Shown here piece after piece: positions 8,931 to 17,527 of a stretch of 64,000 nucleotides of DNA. Both the position numbers and the translations under genes were made by a program. This DNA comes from Dehalococcoidia bacterium (GTDB lineage: Bacteria > Chloroflexota > Dehalococcoidia > Lucifugimonadales > UBA3495). Where the stretch lies: the NCBI GenBank assembly GCA_965207585.1, contig CBDBMT010000002.1:81740-145739 (forward strand), in the 5' to 3' direction. Position 1 is the first letter of the stretch; each line of letters begins with the position of its first letter. Under the pieces are notes generated by a model. The model had not been told where the DNA came from, ran no database searches, and worked only from the letters and a program-made list of their open reading frames with translations.

Positions 8931-10511
8931 ATGCGCGATTCGCCCATCGTTGTCATCGGAGGCGGCCCGGCCGGCTCGTGCGTCAGCACCCTGCTGGCGC
9001 GTCGCGGATATCCCGTCACGTTGCTGGAGCGAGACCGCTTTCCGCGGGACCACGTGGGCGAGTCGCTACTCCCTGCCAGCATCCCGATTCTGCAGGATCT
9101 CGGCGTGCTGGATCGCGTCCGGCAAGCCGGGTTTGTGCTGAAGCGCGGCGCCACGATGATCTGGGGGGTGGACCGGGAGCCGTGGAGTTGGTACTTCAGC
9201 GAGACCAATGCCTCCAACCCGCATTCGTACCAGGTGTGGCGGCCCGAGTTTGACGCCATCCTGCTGGACAACGCGCGGGGCTCAGGCGTAGAAGTGCGGG
9301 AAGGGTGCCCCGCTACGGCCATCGAATTCGACGACGCGGAGACGGCGATAGCGGTACGGTGCGGCGAAGAAACTCTGCCGGCGAGGTACGTCGTCGACGC
9401 CAGTGGGCAGGGCGGCTTGTTGTCGCGGCAGTTGGGCCTGCGGCAGTGGGACGACTTTTTCCGCAACCTGGCGGTGTACGCTTACTACCAGGGCGGGGAC
9501 AGGCTCGAACCGCCGGACGCAGGCAACATCCTGATCGAGTCTCAACCCAACGGCTGGCTGTGGAACATCCCGCTGCGCGACGGGTGGTCCAGCGTCGGCG
9601 CGGTGGTGGACTCCGAAATCGGTCAGGAAGGCATCCGGCGACTGGGCGCGCTGGGGTTCCTGGAGGCGCAGATCGCGGCGGCCCCGCAAACCGCGAAAAT
9701 GTTGGAAAAAGCCCGCCTCGTCTCAGGACCGGAAATCGTCCGGGACTGGTCGTACCGTTGCCGGCAACTTTACGGCCCGGGGTACATCCTGGTGGGAGAC
9801 GCCGGCTGCTTTATAGATCCGCTGTTTTCGTCCGGCGTGCACTTGGCTTTGACTTCAGCCACCCTGGCCGCCGCCGCGGTCGCTTCGGCGCTGTCCGATG
9901 CCGACATGGACGGGCCGGTGGGACAAGTGTACCAGCAGTTGTACTATAAAGAGTACGGCCATTTTCGAGAGCTGGCTCGACTGTTCTATTCCAGCAACCG
10001 CACCGCGGATTCATACTTCTGGGAGGCGCGCCGTCTGCTCGACGACGACCCGTCTCTGACGCCCCGCCAGTCCTTCATCCAAGCCGTGGCCGGTCAGCCG
10101 CCCCGTGGTTACGAGCGGGCAGTGTTGTCCCATGGCCTGGCGCCGGCGGCTTTCAGTCGGAGCGTGACCGGCGTAGAGGCAGAACGTCAGCGGAGGCGAG
10201 AACACCCACTGCATCCAGGCGCACGACCACGATTGGCGGCCGGCGTCGTCCTGCAGCGGCAACCGGTGCTGGCGGACGGCGATTTCGTCTGGGGCTACGG
10301 GTTGGTCACCGACGGCCACCCGGAGGGTCTCCCGTGCAGCGGCCTGGTGGCGCGCCTGCTGCACGGGCTGGATGGCAACGTCACCACCGCGGAAGCGATC
10401 GCGAACCTGTGCCAGGGACTGGAACCCGCCGCTACGCAGCAGGTCGAACAGGTGGCCCTGGAAGCCCTGCAAATCCTGTACGTCGACGGCGCGATCAGCG
10501 TAACGCCCTGA
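8931..10511 (+). CDS. FAD-dependent oxidoreductase of the flavin-dependent halogenase type (PltA/CmlS-like)
   Basis: Trimmed to the ATG at 8931. VVIGGGPAGS (GxGxxG), HVGESLLP, GFVLKRGATMIWG, NGWLWNIP (WxWxIP), GDAGCFIDPLFSSGVHLA (FxxPxxSxG). Confidence 0.7.
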   Translation: MRDSPIVVIGGGPAGSCVSTLLARRGYPVTLLERDRFPRDHVGESLLPASIPILQDLGVLDRVRQAGFVLKRGATMIWGVDREPWSWYFSETNASNPHSYQVWRPEFDAILLDNARGSGVEVREGCPATAIEFDDAETAIAVRCGEETLPARYVVDASGQGGLLSRQLGLRQWDDFFRNLAVYAYYQGGDRLEPPDAGNILIESQPNGWLWNIPLRDGWSSVGAVVDSEIGQEGIRRLGALGFLEAQIAAAPQTAKMLEKARLVSGPEIVRDWSYRCRQLYGPGYILVGDAGCFIDPLFSSGVHLALTSATLAAAAVASALSDADMDGPVGQVYQQLYYKEYGHFRELARLFYSSNRTADSYFWEARRLLDDDPSLTPRQSFIQAVAGQPPRGYERAVLSHGLAPAAFSRSVTGVEAERQRRREHPLHPGARPRLAAGVVLQRQPVLADGDFVWGYGLVTDGHPEGLPCSGLVARLLHGLDGNVTTAEAIANLCQGLEPAATQQVEQVALEALQILYVDGAISVTP

Positions 10512-10526
10512 CCCCGGAGCAACACA

Positions 10527-11108
10527 TCACGGCTTTACCCAGGTCTCCGACCAGGCGCAACACGCGGTGCTGCTCTGGGCCGAACCCCGCGCTTCCAGCG
10601 TCACCACTCCGCTCAGGGCCCGGTCGCCCACGGTGATTTGGGCCTGGCGAGCCGGGAAGAAGCAGCTGTACACGCCGTGCGTGCGGCCCGACACCTCGCC
10701 GGCCGGGTTGTTGAGCATATAGGGCGTCAGGAAATCGTGCCAGCTCAAAACCACCGTTTCCGTGGATGCCGCCACTATCTCGTTGTAGGCGCTGGCGATG
10801 CTGCCGGACCTGCTGAACTCTGCGGGAATGACCGGCCGGTTAGTGTCGCCAAACTCCGGGAACAGCATGGACTCGATTTCTTCCTGTACATACCGAGTCA
10901 TGGCGATGTTGTCGGAGTACACGCGCACCTGGTCGCCGTCGAGGTCTGCGCTCTTTAGAAACAGGACGTGTCCAGCGCCGGCCGGCGTCCACAGCACGCG
11001 CCAGTGGCTGGTGCGCGTGGTCTGTTCGCCGCCCGGTTCCGGCGACAGGCGAATGAAGGAGTTCTCGCCGGTGAGGCGAATTGCTGCTGGGTCAATGGGA
11101 CTGGTCAT
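10527..11108 (-). CDS. Hypothetical protein
   Basis: 193-aa ORF with coding-like composition, convergent with the halogenase-like gene. No recognisable motif. Confidence 0.45.
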   Translation of the reverse strand: MTSPIDPAAIRLTGENSFIRLSPEPGGEQTTRTSHWRVLWTPAGAGHVLFLKSADLDGDQVRVYSDNIAMTRYVQEEIESMLFPEFGDTNRPVIPAEFSRSGSIASAYNEIVAASTETVVLSWHDFLTPYMLNNPAGEVSGRTHGVYSCFFPARQAQITVGDRALSGVVTLEARGSAQSSTACCAWSETWVKP

Positions 11109-11151
11109 GTTCGTCTCCTTACTGTCTTGGAGTGGGCAAGCGTCTGGGTGG

Positions 11152-11928
11152 TTACAGGCCGTCTGCCGCGGCCCGCATGGTGTTCAGGTACTCGTTGCTC
11201 GCGCCCTGGATCAGCCGGCCGACGGTATTGTGGAAGTACCGCACGCCCAGTTCGAGGTAGTGCGGAACCAGTGCGTCGGGGCAACTGCACCCTGCGGTGA
11301 TGCCGGACGCCGCGATTTGCTGCACGCCCTTCTCGACCAGAGCTTGGACTTCCGGGTGGGTCTGCTGGCCCGGGTAGCCCATGCTTTGGGACAGGTCGCC
11401 GGCTCCGATGAAATACACGTCTACCCCCGGCACTTCCACAAGCTCCGGGATGTTCTCGATGGCCTCCACCTCTTCCAGCATGAGGCAAACCAGGGTGTTG
11501 CGGTTGGCGTCGGCCACGTAATCGGGAGTAGCGCCGCTGAAACCATACTCAGCGGGTCGTCCCCCGCTGAACAGGCCACGATCGCCTTCCGGATAGTACT
11601 TGACGGCGGCGACGGCGGCTCGCGCCTCTTCAGCGGTGTTCACGTGAGGAACCTGCACGCCCCAGGCGCCGCGGTCCAGGAAAGGCGAGATGATTTCCGG
11701 CCGGTTACCGACAGGTCTGACTATCGGAGCCGTACCGGAGTATTCGGCGGCACGGATCATGTCCTCGGCCAGGTCAACGGTGATGCTGCCGTGTTCGTTG
11801 TCGATGAGCACCCAGTCGTAGCCGAGGTATCCGAGCATCTCGACCACCACCGGAGAGGGAAAGGTGATCATCGAGCCGAACACCGGCCGGCCGGCTTGCA
11901 GCTTCGTCTTCATGGTGTTTTCGCGCAT
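11152..11928 (-). CDS. HpcH/HpaI-family aldolase (2,4-dihydroxyhept-2-enedioate aldolase-like)
   Basis: ...GYDWVLIDNEHGSI...IVRPVGNRPEIISPFLDRGAWGVQVPHVNTAEEA...YYPEGDRG are typical HpcH/HpaI TIM-barrel aldolase stretches. Confidence 0.85.
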   Translation of the reverse strand: MRENTMKTKLQAGRPVFGSMITFPSPVVVEMLGYLGYDWVLIDNEHGSITVDLAEDMIRAAEYSGTAPIVRPVGNRPEIISPFLDRGAWGVQVPHVNTAEEARAAVAAVKYYPEGDRGLFSGGRPAEYGFSGATPDYVADANRNTLVCLMLEEVEAIENIPELVEVPGVDVYFIGAGDLSQSMGYPGQQTHPEVQALVEKGVQQIAASGITAGCSCPDALVPHYLELGVRYFHNTVGRLIQGASNEYLNTMRAAADGL

Positions 11929-12069
11929 GCTGGTCTACTCCTGGTTGGGGGCGGTCAGGCCGCCATCGGTAGCCGAATGCTATGCGCGGAGAATACCCAT
12001 CGTCAACCGGGAGGTCACCGGCGCGGGAGCGGTTGGAAAGGGGTTTGGTTCAGGGTACAATTAATCGCA

Positions 12070-12146
12070 CGCCGATGTAGCTCAGCCGGAAGAGCAGCGG
12101 TTTCGTAAACCGCAGGTCAAGGGTTCGAGTCCCTTCATCGGCTCCA
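12070..12146 (+). tRNA. tRNA-Thr (anticodon CGU), CCA encoded
   Basis: Hand-folded cloverleaf. Acceptor gccgatg/catcggc, D-arm gctc..gagc, anticodon stem gcggt/accgc with loop ttCGTaa (12103-12105), T-arm agggg-ttcgagt-ccctt, then discriminator t and cca. Confidence 0.9.
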
Positions 12147-12304
12147 CTTATTGCCGGGACCAACCTGCGCGCGATGCTGCCCCGGTTGATAGTCCGGGCG
12201 TCCTCTGGCACAATGGGTTGCCGGTGTATGTGTTTTGATCCATGCCGACGGTTGGGTTGCAAACCGGCGCACGGGTATATCAGGAACCACGGAGGTAACA
12301 TCCG

Positions 12305-13594
12305 GTGGCGTTTGTCAAAGGATTAAAGTGCCGGGAATGCGGCCGGGAATACCCGGGCGAACCCCTCAACGTTTGCGATTTCTGCTTCGGCCCGCTGGAG
12401 GTCATCTATGACTACGTGACCATCTCCGAGGTGGTCACGCACCAGCGCATCGCCGACGGGCCGCTGAGCATCTGGCGCTACCAGGATCTGCTCCCAGCGG
12501 AAGCGGACGACCCTGTGGACATCATGGCGGGTTACACCCCGTTGCTGAAGGCCCGGAACCTCGGCAAGAAGTTGGGGCTCAACAATCTGTACATCAAGAA
12601 CGACAGCGTGAACCCGTCATTCTCGTTCAAGGACCGGGTAGTTTCGGTTGCCGCTACCAAGGCAGTCGAATTCGGTTACGAGACGCTGGCGTGCGCCAGC
12701 ACCGGCAACCTGGCCTGCAGCGTGGCCGCCCATGCCGCGCGGGCCGGGATCGACGCGGTGGTCTTCATACCCGCTGACCTGGAGCGCGGGAAGGTCATCG
12801 GCGCCGCGGTCTACAACCCCACGCTGGTAGCCGTCGAAGGCACCTACGACGAAGTGAACCGCCTGTGCAGCGAGGTAAGCGATAACTACCCCTGGGCCTT
12901 CGTCAACATCAACATGCGGCCGTACTACGCCGAAGGCAGCAAGACCCTCGGTTACGAGGTCGCCGAGCAGTTGGGCTGGCGGATACCGGACCACGTGGTG
13001 GTGCCGTCGGCCTCCGGCGCGATGTTCACCAAGATCTGGAAGGGATTCAACGAGTTGGCGTGCCTGGGTCTGCTGGACGGCGTGGACCCGCAACCCTTTG
13101 GGGCCGATCAGAACACCGTGCATCATCCCGCAATCACCACGCGGATGCACATGGCACAGGCCGCCGGTTGCTGCCCCATCGTTACCGCTTGGGAAAACCA
13201 GCAGAACCAGATCCGTCCCGTGCGGCCCGACAGCATCGCCAAGTCGCTGGCCATCGGCAATCCGGCAGACGGGATCTACAGCCTCCGCGTCATCCGGGAG
13301 TCGGGCGGAAGCGGCTACGCCGTGCCGGAATCCCAGGTCGTGGAGGGCATCAAGCTGCTGGCGGAAACCGAGGGGATTTTCACCGAAACCGCCGGTGGAG
13401 TAACCGTTTCCACCCTGAAGTACCTGGCGGACACCGGCGCTATCGGAGCCGACGAACTCACGGTGGCCTACATCACGGGCAACGGCCTGAAGACCCAGGA
13501 AGCCGTGGAAGAAGTGGTCAATCCTCTCCAGGTCAAGCCGATGATGGGCTCCTTTGAGGAGGCCCTGGAACATCGGCTGGCGGCTCGGGTGTAG
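12305..13594 (+). CDS. Threonine-synthase-like PLP enzyme with an N-terminal CxxC...CxxC zinc ribbon (candidate sulfur-carrier-dependent homocysteine/cysteine synthase)
   Basis: GTG start 9 nt after GGAGG. KCRECG...VCDFCFG ribbon. PLP-lysine motif NPSFSFKDR. ...ACASTGNLA... fold-type II pattern. Confidence 0.85.
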   Translation: MAFVKGLKCRECGREYPGEPLNVCDFCFGPLEVIYDYVTISEVVTHQRIADGPLSIWRYQDLLPAEADDPVDIMAGYTPLLKARNLGKKLGLNNLYIKNDSVNPSFSFKDRVVSVAATKAVEFGYETLACASTGNLACSVAAHAARAGIDAVVFIPADLERGKVIGAAVYNPTLVAVEGTYDEVNRLCSEVSDNYPWAFVNINMRPYYAEGSKTLGYEVAEQLGWRIPDHVVVPSASGAMFTKIWKGFNELACLGLLDGVDPQPFGADQNTVHHPAITTRMHMAQAAGCCPIVTAWENQQNQIRPVRPDSIAKSLAIGNPADGIYSLRVIRESGGSGYAVPESQVVEGIKLLAETEGIFTETAGGVTVSTLKYLADTGAIGADELTVAYITGNGLKTQEAVEEVVNPLQVKPMMGSFEEALEHRLAARV

Positions 13595-13600
13595 TTGCTC

Positions 13601-13843
13601 ATGGCCAAACAGCGCGTGCGGTTCACGTTCTCGGCCGAGATGGTGCGGGAGCCGATTATTTACCGGCTGGGGCACGATTTCGACGTCGTTACCAACATCA
13701 GGCGCGCCGACGTTCGTTCGGACGTCGGCTGGGTTATCCTGGAGCTGGAAGGCTCCGATGAGGAAATCCAACGGGGCCTCGACTGGGTTGGCAACACCGG
13801 CGTGCGGGTTGACCCCATAGCGGGAGACGTTATCGAAGGCTGA
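13601..13843 (+). CDS. Stand-alone NIL-domain protein
   Basis: VRFTFSAEMVREPIIYRLGHDFDVVTNIRRADVRSDVGWVILELEGSDEEIQRGLDWVGNTGVRVDPI fits the NIL (MetN C-terminal) domain pattern. Starts 7 nt after the ThrC-like stop. Confidence 0.65.
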   Translation: MAKQRVRFTFSAEMVREPIIYRLGHDFDVVTNIRRADVRSDVGWVILELEGSDEEIQRGLDWVGNTGVRVDPIAGDVIEG

Positions 13844-13938
13844 CGCCAGTCCTTGGCAGACCAATCCGGTGTACCAACCAACATGCCGCAGCGGCGGACG
13901 CAAAACGGCATCCCAAAATTGCAGGAGGAACAATTCCG

Positions 13939-14220
13939 ATGGGCGTAACGGTACGCATTCCCACCCCGCTGCGACGCATGACCGGCGGCGCGGACAAGGT
14001 CGAACTGGACGTGGCCGACCTTTCGCAGATGATCGATCGATTGGAGAGCGACTACCCCGGCTTCAAGGAGCGGTTGCTGGACGAAGAGGGCGAATTGCGC
14101 TACTTCGTGAACATTTATGTAAATGGTGAGGACATCCGGTTCGACCAGGGGCTGCGGACGTCTATCAAGTCCGGAGACGAAATCAGCATTGTCCCTGCGG
14201 TCGCCGGCGGACTGACCTGA
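13939..14220 (+). CDS. MoaD/ThiS-family sulfur-carrier protein, CysO-like; C-terminus ...AVAGG-LT
   Basis: AGGAGG RBS. VTVRIPTPLRRMTGG...LESDYPGFKERLLDE...RYFVNIYVNGEDIRFDQGL...GDEISIVPAVAGG closely follows the mycobacterial CysO pattern as I recall it. Confidence 0.85.
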   Translation: MGVTVRIPTPLRRMTGGADKVELDVADLSQMIDRLESDYPGFKERLLDEEGELRYFVNIYVNGEDIRFDQGLRTSIKSGDEISIVPAVAGGLT

Positions 14221-14251
14221 ATGACCAGGGTGGCACTGCCTCCTCGGCCCT

Positions 14252-14285
14252 GACACTCCCGCCGGCGCGGGAGTGTCGTCTTTTT
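14252..14285 (+). terminator. Rho-independent terminator
   Basis: 11-bp perfect stem gacactcccgc/gcgggagtgtc (14252-14262 / 14267-14277), loop cggc, followed by gtcttttt. Confidence 0.65.
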
Positions 14286-14383
14286 GCACGCGCCGGGTCT
14301 CACCTGAATCACCTTGACAGTTCCCGTCATTGAGGGCTCGCGCAGCCCGGTTGCCGTGTGAAACGTGGCCCGGATCGCCTCGC

Positions 14384-14412
14384 TTGACATGATAATCGGC
14401 GTTCGTTACATT
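14384..14412 (+). promoter_or_regulatory. Candidate sigma70-type promoter of the hopanoid cluster
   Basis: TTGACA (14384-14389), 17-nt spacer, TACATT (14407-14412). Lies upstream of the polyprenyl synthase gene. Confidence 0.35.
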
Positions 14413-14591
14413 TTGTCATCGTTGGAACGAACGGGCCCTACCCGGAAACCGCGCGCCGCGCCTACCTCGTCATCCTCACCGCACGGCAGGCTTCGTCAAT
14501 GGGTACAACACCAACAGCCTCCACGGAGGCCAGCCGGCTGGGCCGGCAGGGCAACGACAGGGCGCCAAGAGAAGCGCCAGGTTTGCCCGCC

Positions 14592-15608
14592 ATGTTTGAC
14601 CGTTACCGAGAACACCTGGAAAACGCGCTGGCAGTCGCAGTGCCGCCTCTGGAAGATCACGCGGTCAACGCGCTGCTGCGGTACCATTTGGGATGGTCGG
14701 ACCGGGCGGGCGCCCCGGCAGCCACTCCTGCGTCCCAGGGCAAAGCGCTCAGGCCCACGCTCTGCATGTTCGCGTGCGACGCTCTCCAGGGAGATCCAGG
14801 CCATGCTGCCCCGGCAGCAGCCGCGCTGGAGCTCATCCACAATTTTTCGCTGGTTCACGACGACATTCAAGACCAGGGAATGGAACGGCGGCACCAACCC
14901 ACGGTATGGGCGATCTGGGGTACGGGGCAGGCGCTGGTTGCCGGCGATGCAATGCAGTCGCTGGGCGACCTGAGCACCCTGGGCATCGACGGAAACGTAC
15001 CGCCCGCCACCACTATTCGCGTGTCCCAGTTGCTGACGCAAAGCTATCTCGAAATGATCGAAGGCCAGTGCCGAGACCTGGAGTTCGAGCGGCGCGAAGT
15101 CATCGCATCGGACGAATACCTGGAGATGATAGCCTTGAAAACGGGCGCTCTGATCCGCAGCAGCATGGTGATCGGAGCCACCATCGCCACCCACGATACT
15201 GAAACCCTGGAGGGCGTGGCCCGGTTCGGCCGGGCCATCGGGCGATTATTCCAGATCAGGGACGACTACCTGGGGATTTGGGGCGACGAAGCCATTACCG
15301 GAAAGTCCACGGACAGCGACATCGTCCAGCGCAAAAAGAGCTACCCCATCGTGTACGCCTTCCAGCACGCCGAAGGGGTTAACCGTGACGAGTTGTTGCG
15401 CCTGTACTCTCAGGAGGAACTCGATGAGGAAGACGTGAATCGCGTCCTCGACATCCTGGATGACTTGGGCGCCGACCGCCAAACCGACGAACTCACCGAC
15501 GCTACTGCTGAGGAAGGCCGAATCGCTTTGGCCATGCTGGAGCTGCCGCCCTGGGCCACAGAGGACGCAAAAGACCTGATTGACTTCATGGCTTACCGCC
15601 TGTTTTGA
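14592..15608 (+). CDS. Polyprenyl diphosphate synthase (FPP/GGPP synthase family)
   Basis: First DDxxD in LVHDDIQD and second in IRDDYLG. Start is uncertain: the ORF opens at 14499, but the first 31 residues look low-complexity. Confidence 0.85.
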   Translation: MFDRYREHLENALAVAVPPLEDHAVNALLRYHLGWSDRAGAPAATPASQGKALRPTLCMFACDALQGDPGHAAPAAAALELIHNFSLVHDDIQDQGMERRHQPTVWAIWGTGQALVAGDAMQSLGDLSTLGIDGNVPPATTIRVSQLLTQSYLEMIEGQCRDLEFERREVIASDEYLEMIALKTGALIRSSMVIGATIATHDTETLEGVARFGRAIGRLFQIRDDYLGIWGDEAITGKSTDSDIVQRKKSYPIVYAFQHAEGVNRDELLRLYSQEELDEEDVNRVLDILDDLGADRQTDELTDATAEEGRIALAMLELPPWATEDAKDLIDFMAYRLF

Positions 15609-15634
15609 CCACCCTGAGAATAAGATACGGGGAT

Positions 15635-16717
15635 ATGAGCATGGTACAGACAAATAAAGATCCAGGCGCCGTTATCAAACCGGCCAAGCGCCCGATGGAA
15701 CTGGGCGTTCGCATGGGCTGGTACATCCTCAAGAACCGGCTGCGCGGCCGGAAGCGATTCCCGCTGGTCACCATGCTGGAGCCGCTCGAAATGTGCAACC
15801 TGGCGTGTATCGGGTGCGGCCGCATCCGCGAATACCGCGGCGTGCTGGACCAGATGATGCCCGTGGAAGAAGCTTTGGACGCGGTTCACGCGTCGGGAGC
15901 GCCCATCGTGTCCATTGCCGGCGGCGAGCCGACGATCCATCCCAAAATCGACGAGATCATCAACACTCTGGTTGATGAGAAATACTTCGTCTACTGCTGC
16001 ACCAACGCGCTGCTGCTGCCGCGCATGCTGGACAAGATTCCGCCGTCCAAGTACTTCTGCTGGGTCATCCACATGGACGGCATGGAGGAAAAGCACGACG
16101 AGTCGGTGGCGCGGGCCGGCGTGTTCAAGCGGGCGGTGGAAGGCATCGAAATGGCAGTGAAGCGAGGCTATCGCGTGTGCACGAACACGACGGTGTTCCG
16201 CAGCAGCGACGTCGAGGATTTGCGGGAGATGTTCCGCTACGTCGGCAACCTGGGTGTCGAAGGATCAATGATATCGCCCGGTTACGACTTTGAAGACGCA
16301 CCCGACCAGGATCTGTTCCTCACGCGGCAGGAATCCAGGAACGTGTTCCGTGACCTGTTGGACCCGACCAGGATGGAAGGAATGCGGTTCTACAACAACC
16401 CGCTCTACCTGAACTTCCTCCGGGGAGAGCGAGAATACCAGTGCACGGCCTGGTCCAATCCCACCTACACGGTGATGGGCTGGCGCAAACCCTGTTATCC
16501 GCTGGCCGACGAACACGCCACTGACATTGACGAACTCTACGAACCCCACTTGTGGGAAGAAAAATACGGTGTGGGGAGGGATCCTCGCTGCAACAACTGC
16601 ATGATGCACTGCGGTTTCGAATCGGCAACGATATTCAACGCGATTGGCAAACCTCGGGAATGGGTGACGTTCATCAAATCCGGCGCGGCCCACAAAGGAG
16701 GGATCAGCGTCGGCTAG
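15635..16717 (+). CDS. hpnH: Adenosyl-hopene transferase, radical SAM
   Basis: FPLVTMLEPLEMCNLACIGCGRI (CxxxCxxC), SIAGGEPTIHP, ...ISPGYDFEDAPDQDLFL..., CTAWSNPTYTVMGWRKPCY, CNNCMMHCGFE. Collinear with HpnH as I recall it. Confidence 0.88.
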   Translation: MSMVQTNKDPGAVIKPAKRPMELGVRMGWYILKNRLRGRKRFPLVTMLEPLEMCNLACIGCGRIREYRGVLDQMMPVEEALDAVHASGAPIVSIAGGEPTIHPKIDEIINTLVDEKYFVYCCTNALLLPRMLDKIPPSKYFCWVIHMDGMEEKHDESVARAGVFKRAVEGIEMAVKRGYRVCTNTTVFRSSDVEDLREMFRYVGNLGVEGSMISPGYDFEDAPDQDLFLTRQESRNVFRDLLDPTRMEGMRFYNNPLYLNFLRGEREYQCTAWSNPTYTVMGWRKPCYPLADEHATDIDELYEPHLWEEKYGVGRDPRCNNCMMHCGFESATIFNAIGKPREWVTFIKSGAAHKGGISVG

Positions 16718-16822
16718 CCAATCCCCGGCACTGTGTCCGCTCGACCGATTGGGTAGCAAACGACCGGGACGATAAAGAGAACGCTGACCGACCGGTTGAG
16801 GTTGGTCGCTGTCGGTACGTCT

Positions 16823-17527
16823 ATGCTTGCCATAGTTGCACCCTTGGCCACGGAAATCGCCGGCGTGCGCCGGGCAATTGGCGGCTCGCACGGAAACGCT
16901 GTAACGTCGTGCGTCACCGGGGTAGGCCGGCAGCGCACTGAGGACGGCGTCGCCGCCGTGGCGGAGTTGTCGCCGGCCGCGATTGTCATGATCGGTTTCT
17001 CCGGCGGGGTGGACCCAAACCTGCTTACCGGCGACCTGCACGTCAGTGAGGTGTTTCACTCCTTCGAAGCGATGGAACCCATCATAGCCGCGCCTGAACT
17101 GACCAACAGCGTTAGAGCCTGGGCCTGCGGGAAACAGACCCGCTTAGTGTACGGCCCCTCCGTGACGGTCAACGCCATCGCCAACTCGAAATCAAAATCT
17201 GCCCTGCACGCGGCAACCGGAGCAATGTCGGTCAACATGGAAGATTATTGGGCCGCGAGTACCGCATCCGCGTATGGGATCCCCTTCGCCTCGGTGCGAG
17301 CGGTGCTGGATACCGCACAAGATGATCTGCCGGAATATCTCATCAACGCTGGCGATGGAACTTTCGGCGTACTGCGTGGATTGGTGACGCACCCTGGCAG
17401 CGTACCGGATCTGATCCGGCTGGCCTGGAAGGCACGGGTCGCCCGGGCCAACCTGACCGACTGTATATCCGGGTGGTTGGACAGCCTCCCCTTTCCATCC
17501 CCGGGTGTGGCTCGGTTGGCGCCATGA
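16823..17527 (+). CDS. hpnG: Hopanoid-associated phosphorylase/nucleosidase (PNP/MTAN fold)
   Basis: MLAIVAPLATEIAGV..., ...GAMSVNMEDYWAA... Position between hpnH and hpnA. Stop overlaps the hpnA ATG (ATGA at 17524-17527). A TTG start at 16796 is possible. Confidence 0.75.
   Translation: MLAIVAPLATEIAGVRRAIGGSHGNAVTSCVTGVGRQRTEDGVAAVAELSPAAIVMIGFSGGVDPNLLTGDLHVSEVFHSFEAMEPIIAAPELTNSVRAWACGKQTRLVYGPSVTVNAIANSKSKSALHAATGAMSVNMEDYWAASTASAYGIPFASVRAVLDTAQDDLPEYLINAGDGTFGVLRGLVTHPGSVPDLIRLAWKARVARANLTDCISGWLDSLPFPSPGVARLAP

Noticed and set aside
12070-12146. tRNA-Thr as an integration site of a genomic island
   Set aside because: No integrase, direct repeat of the tRNA 3' end, or phage/ICE genes on either side within the window.
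12050-12301. 83-aa minus-strand ORF
   Set aside because: It overlaps the tRNA-Thr gene and its flanks, so the tRNA explains the region.
12147-12304. Possible riboswitch or leader (e.g. SAM/Met-responsive) between tRNA-Thr and the ThrC-like gene
   Set aside because: There are a few short hairpins (ccgg...ccgg, gccggt...accggc), but I could not recognise any SAM-I/II/IV or T-box consensus by eye. An Rfam scan is needed, so it is not reported as a feature.
12617-13933. 438-aa minus-strand ORF opposite the ThrC-like and NIL genes
   Set aside because: Same antisense artefact. The plus-strand genes have an RBS, a PLP motif and family patterns.
14499-14591. N-terminal 31-codon extension of the polyprenyl synthase
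   Set aside because: Low-complexity (TPTASTEASRLGRQGNDRAPREAPG), with no RBS at either candidate start. The shorter start is preferred, but the longer one cannot be excluded.
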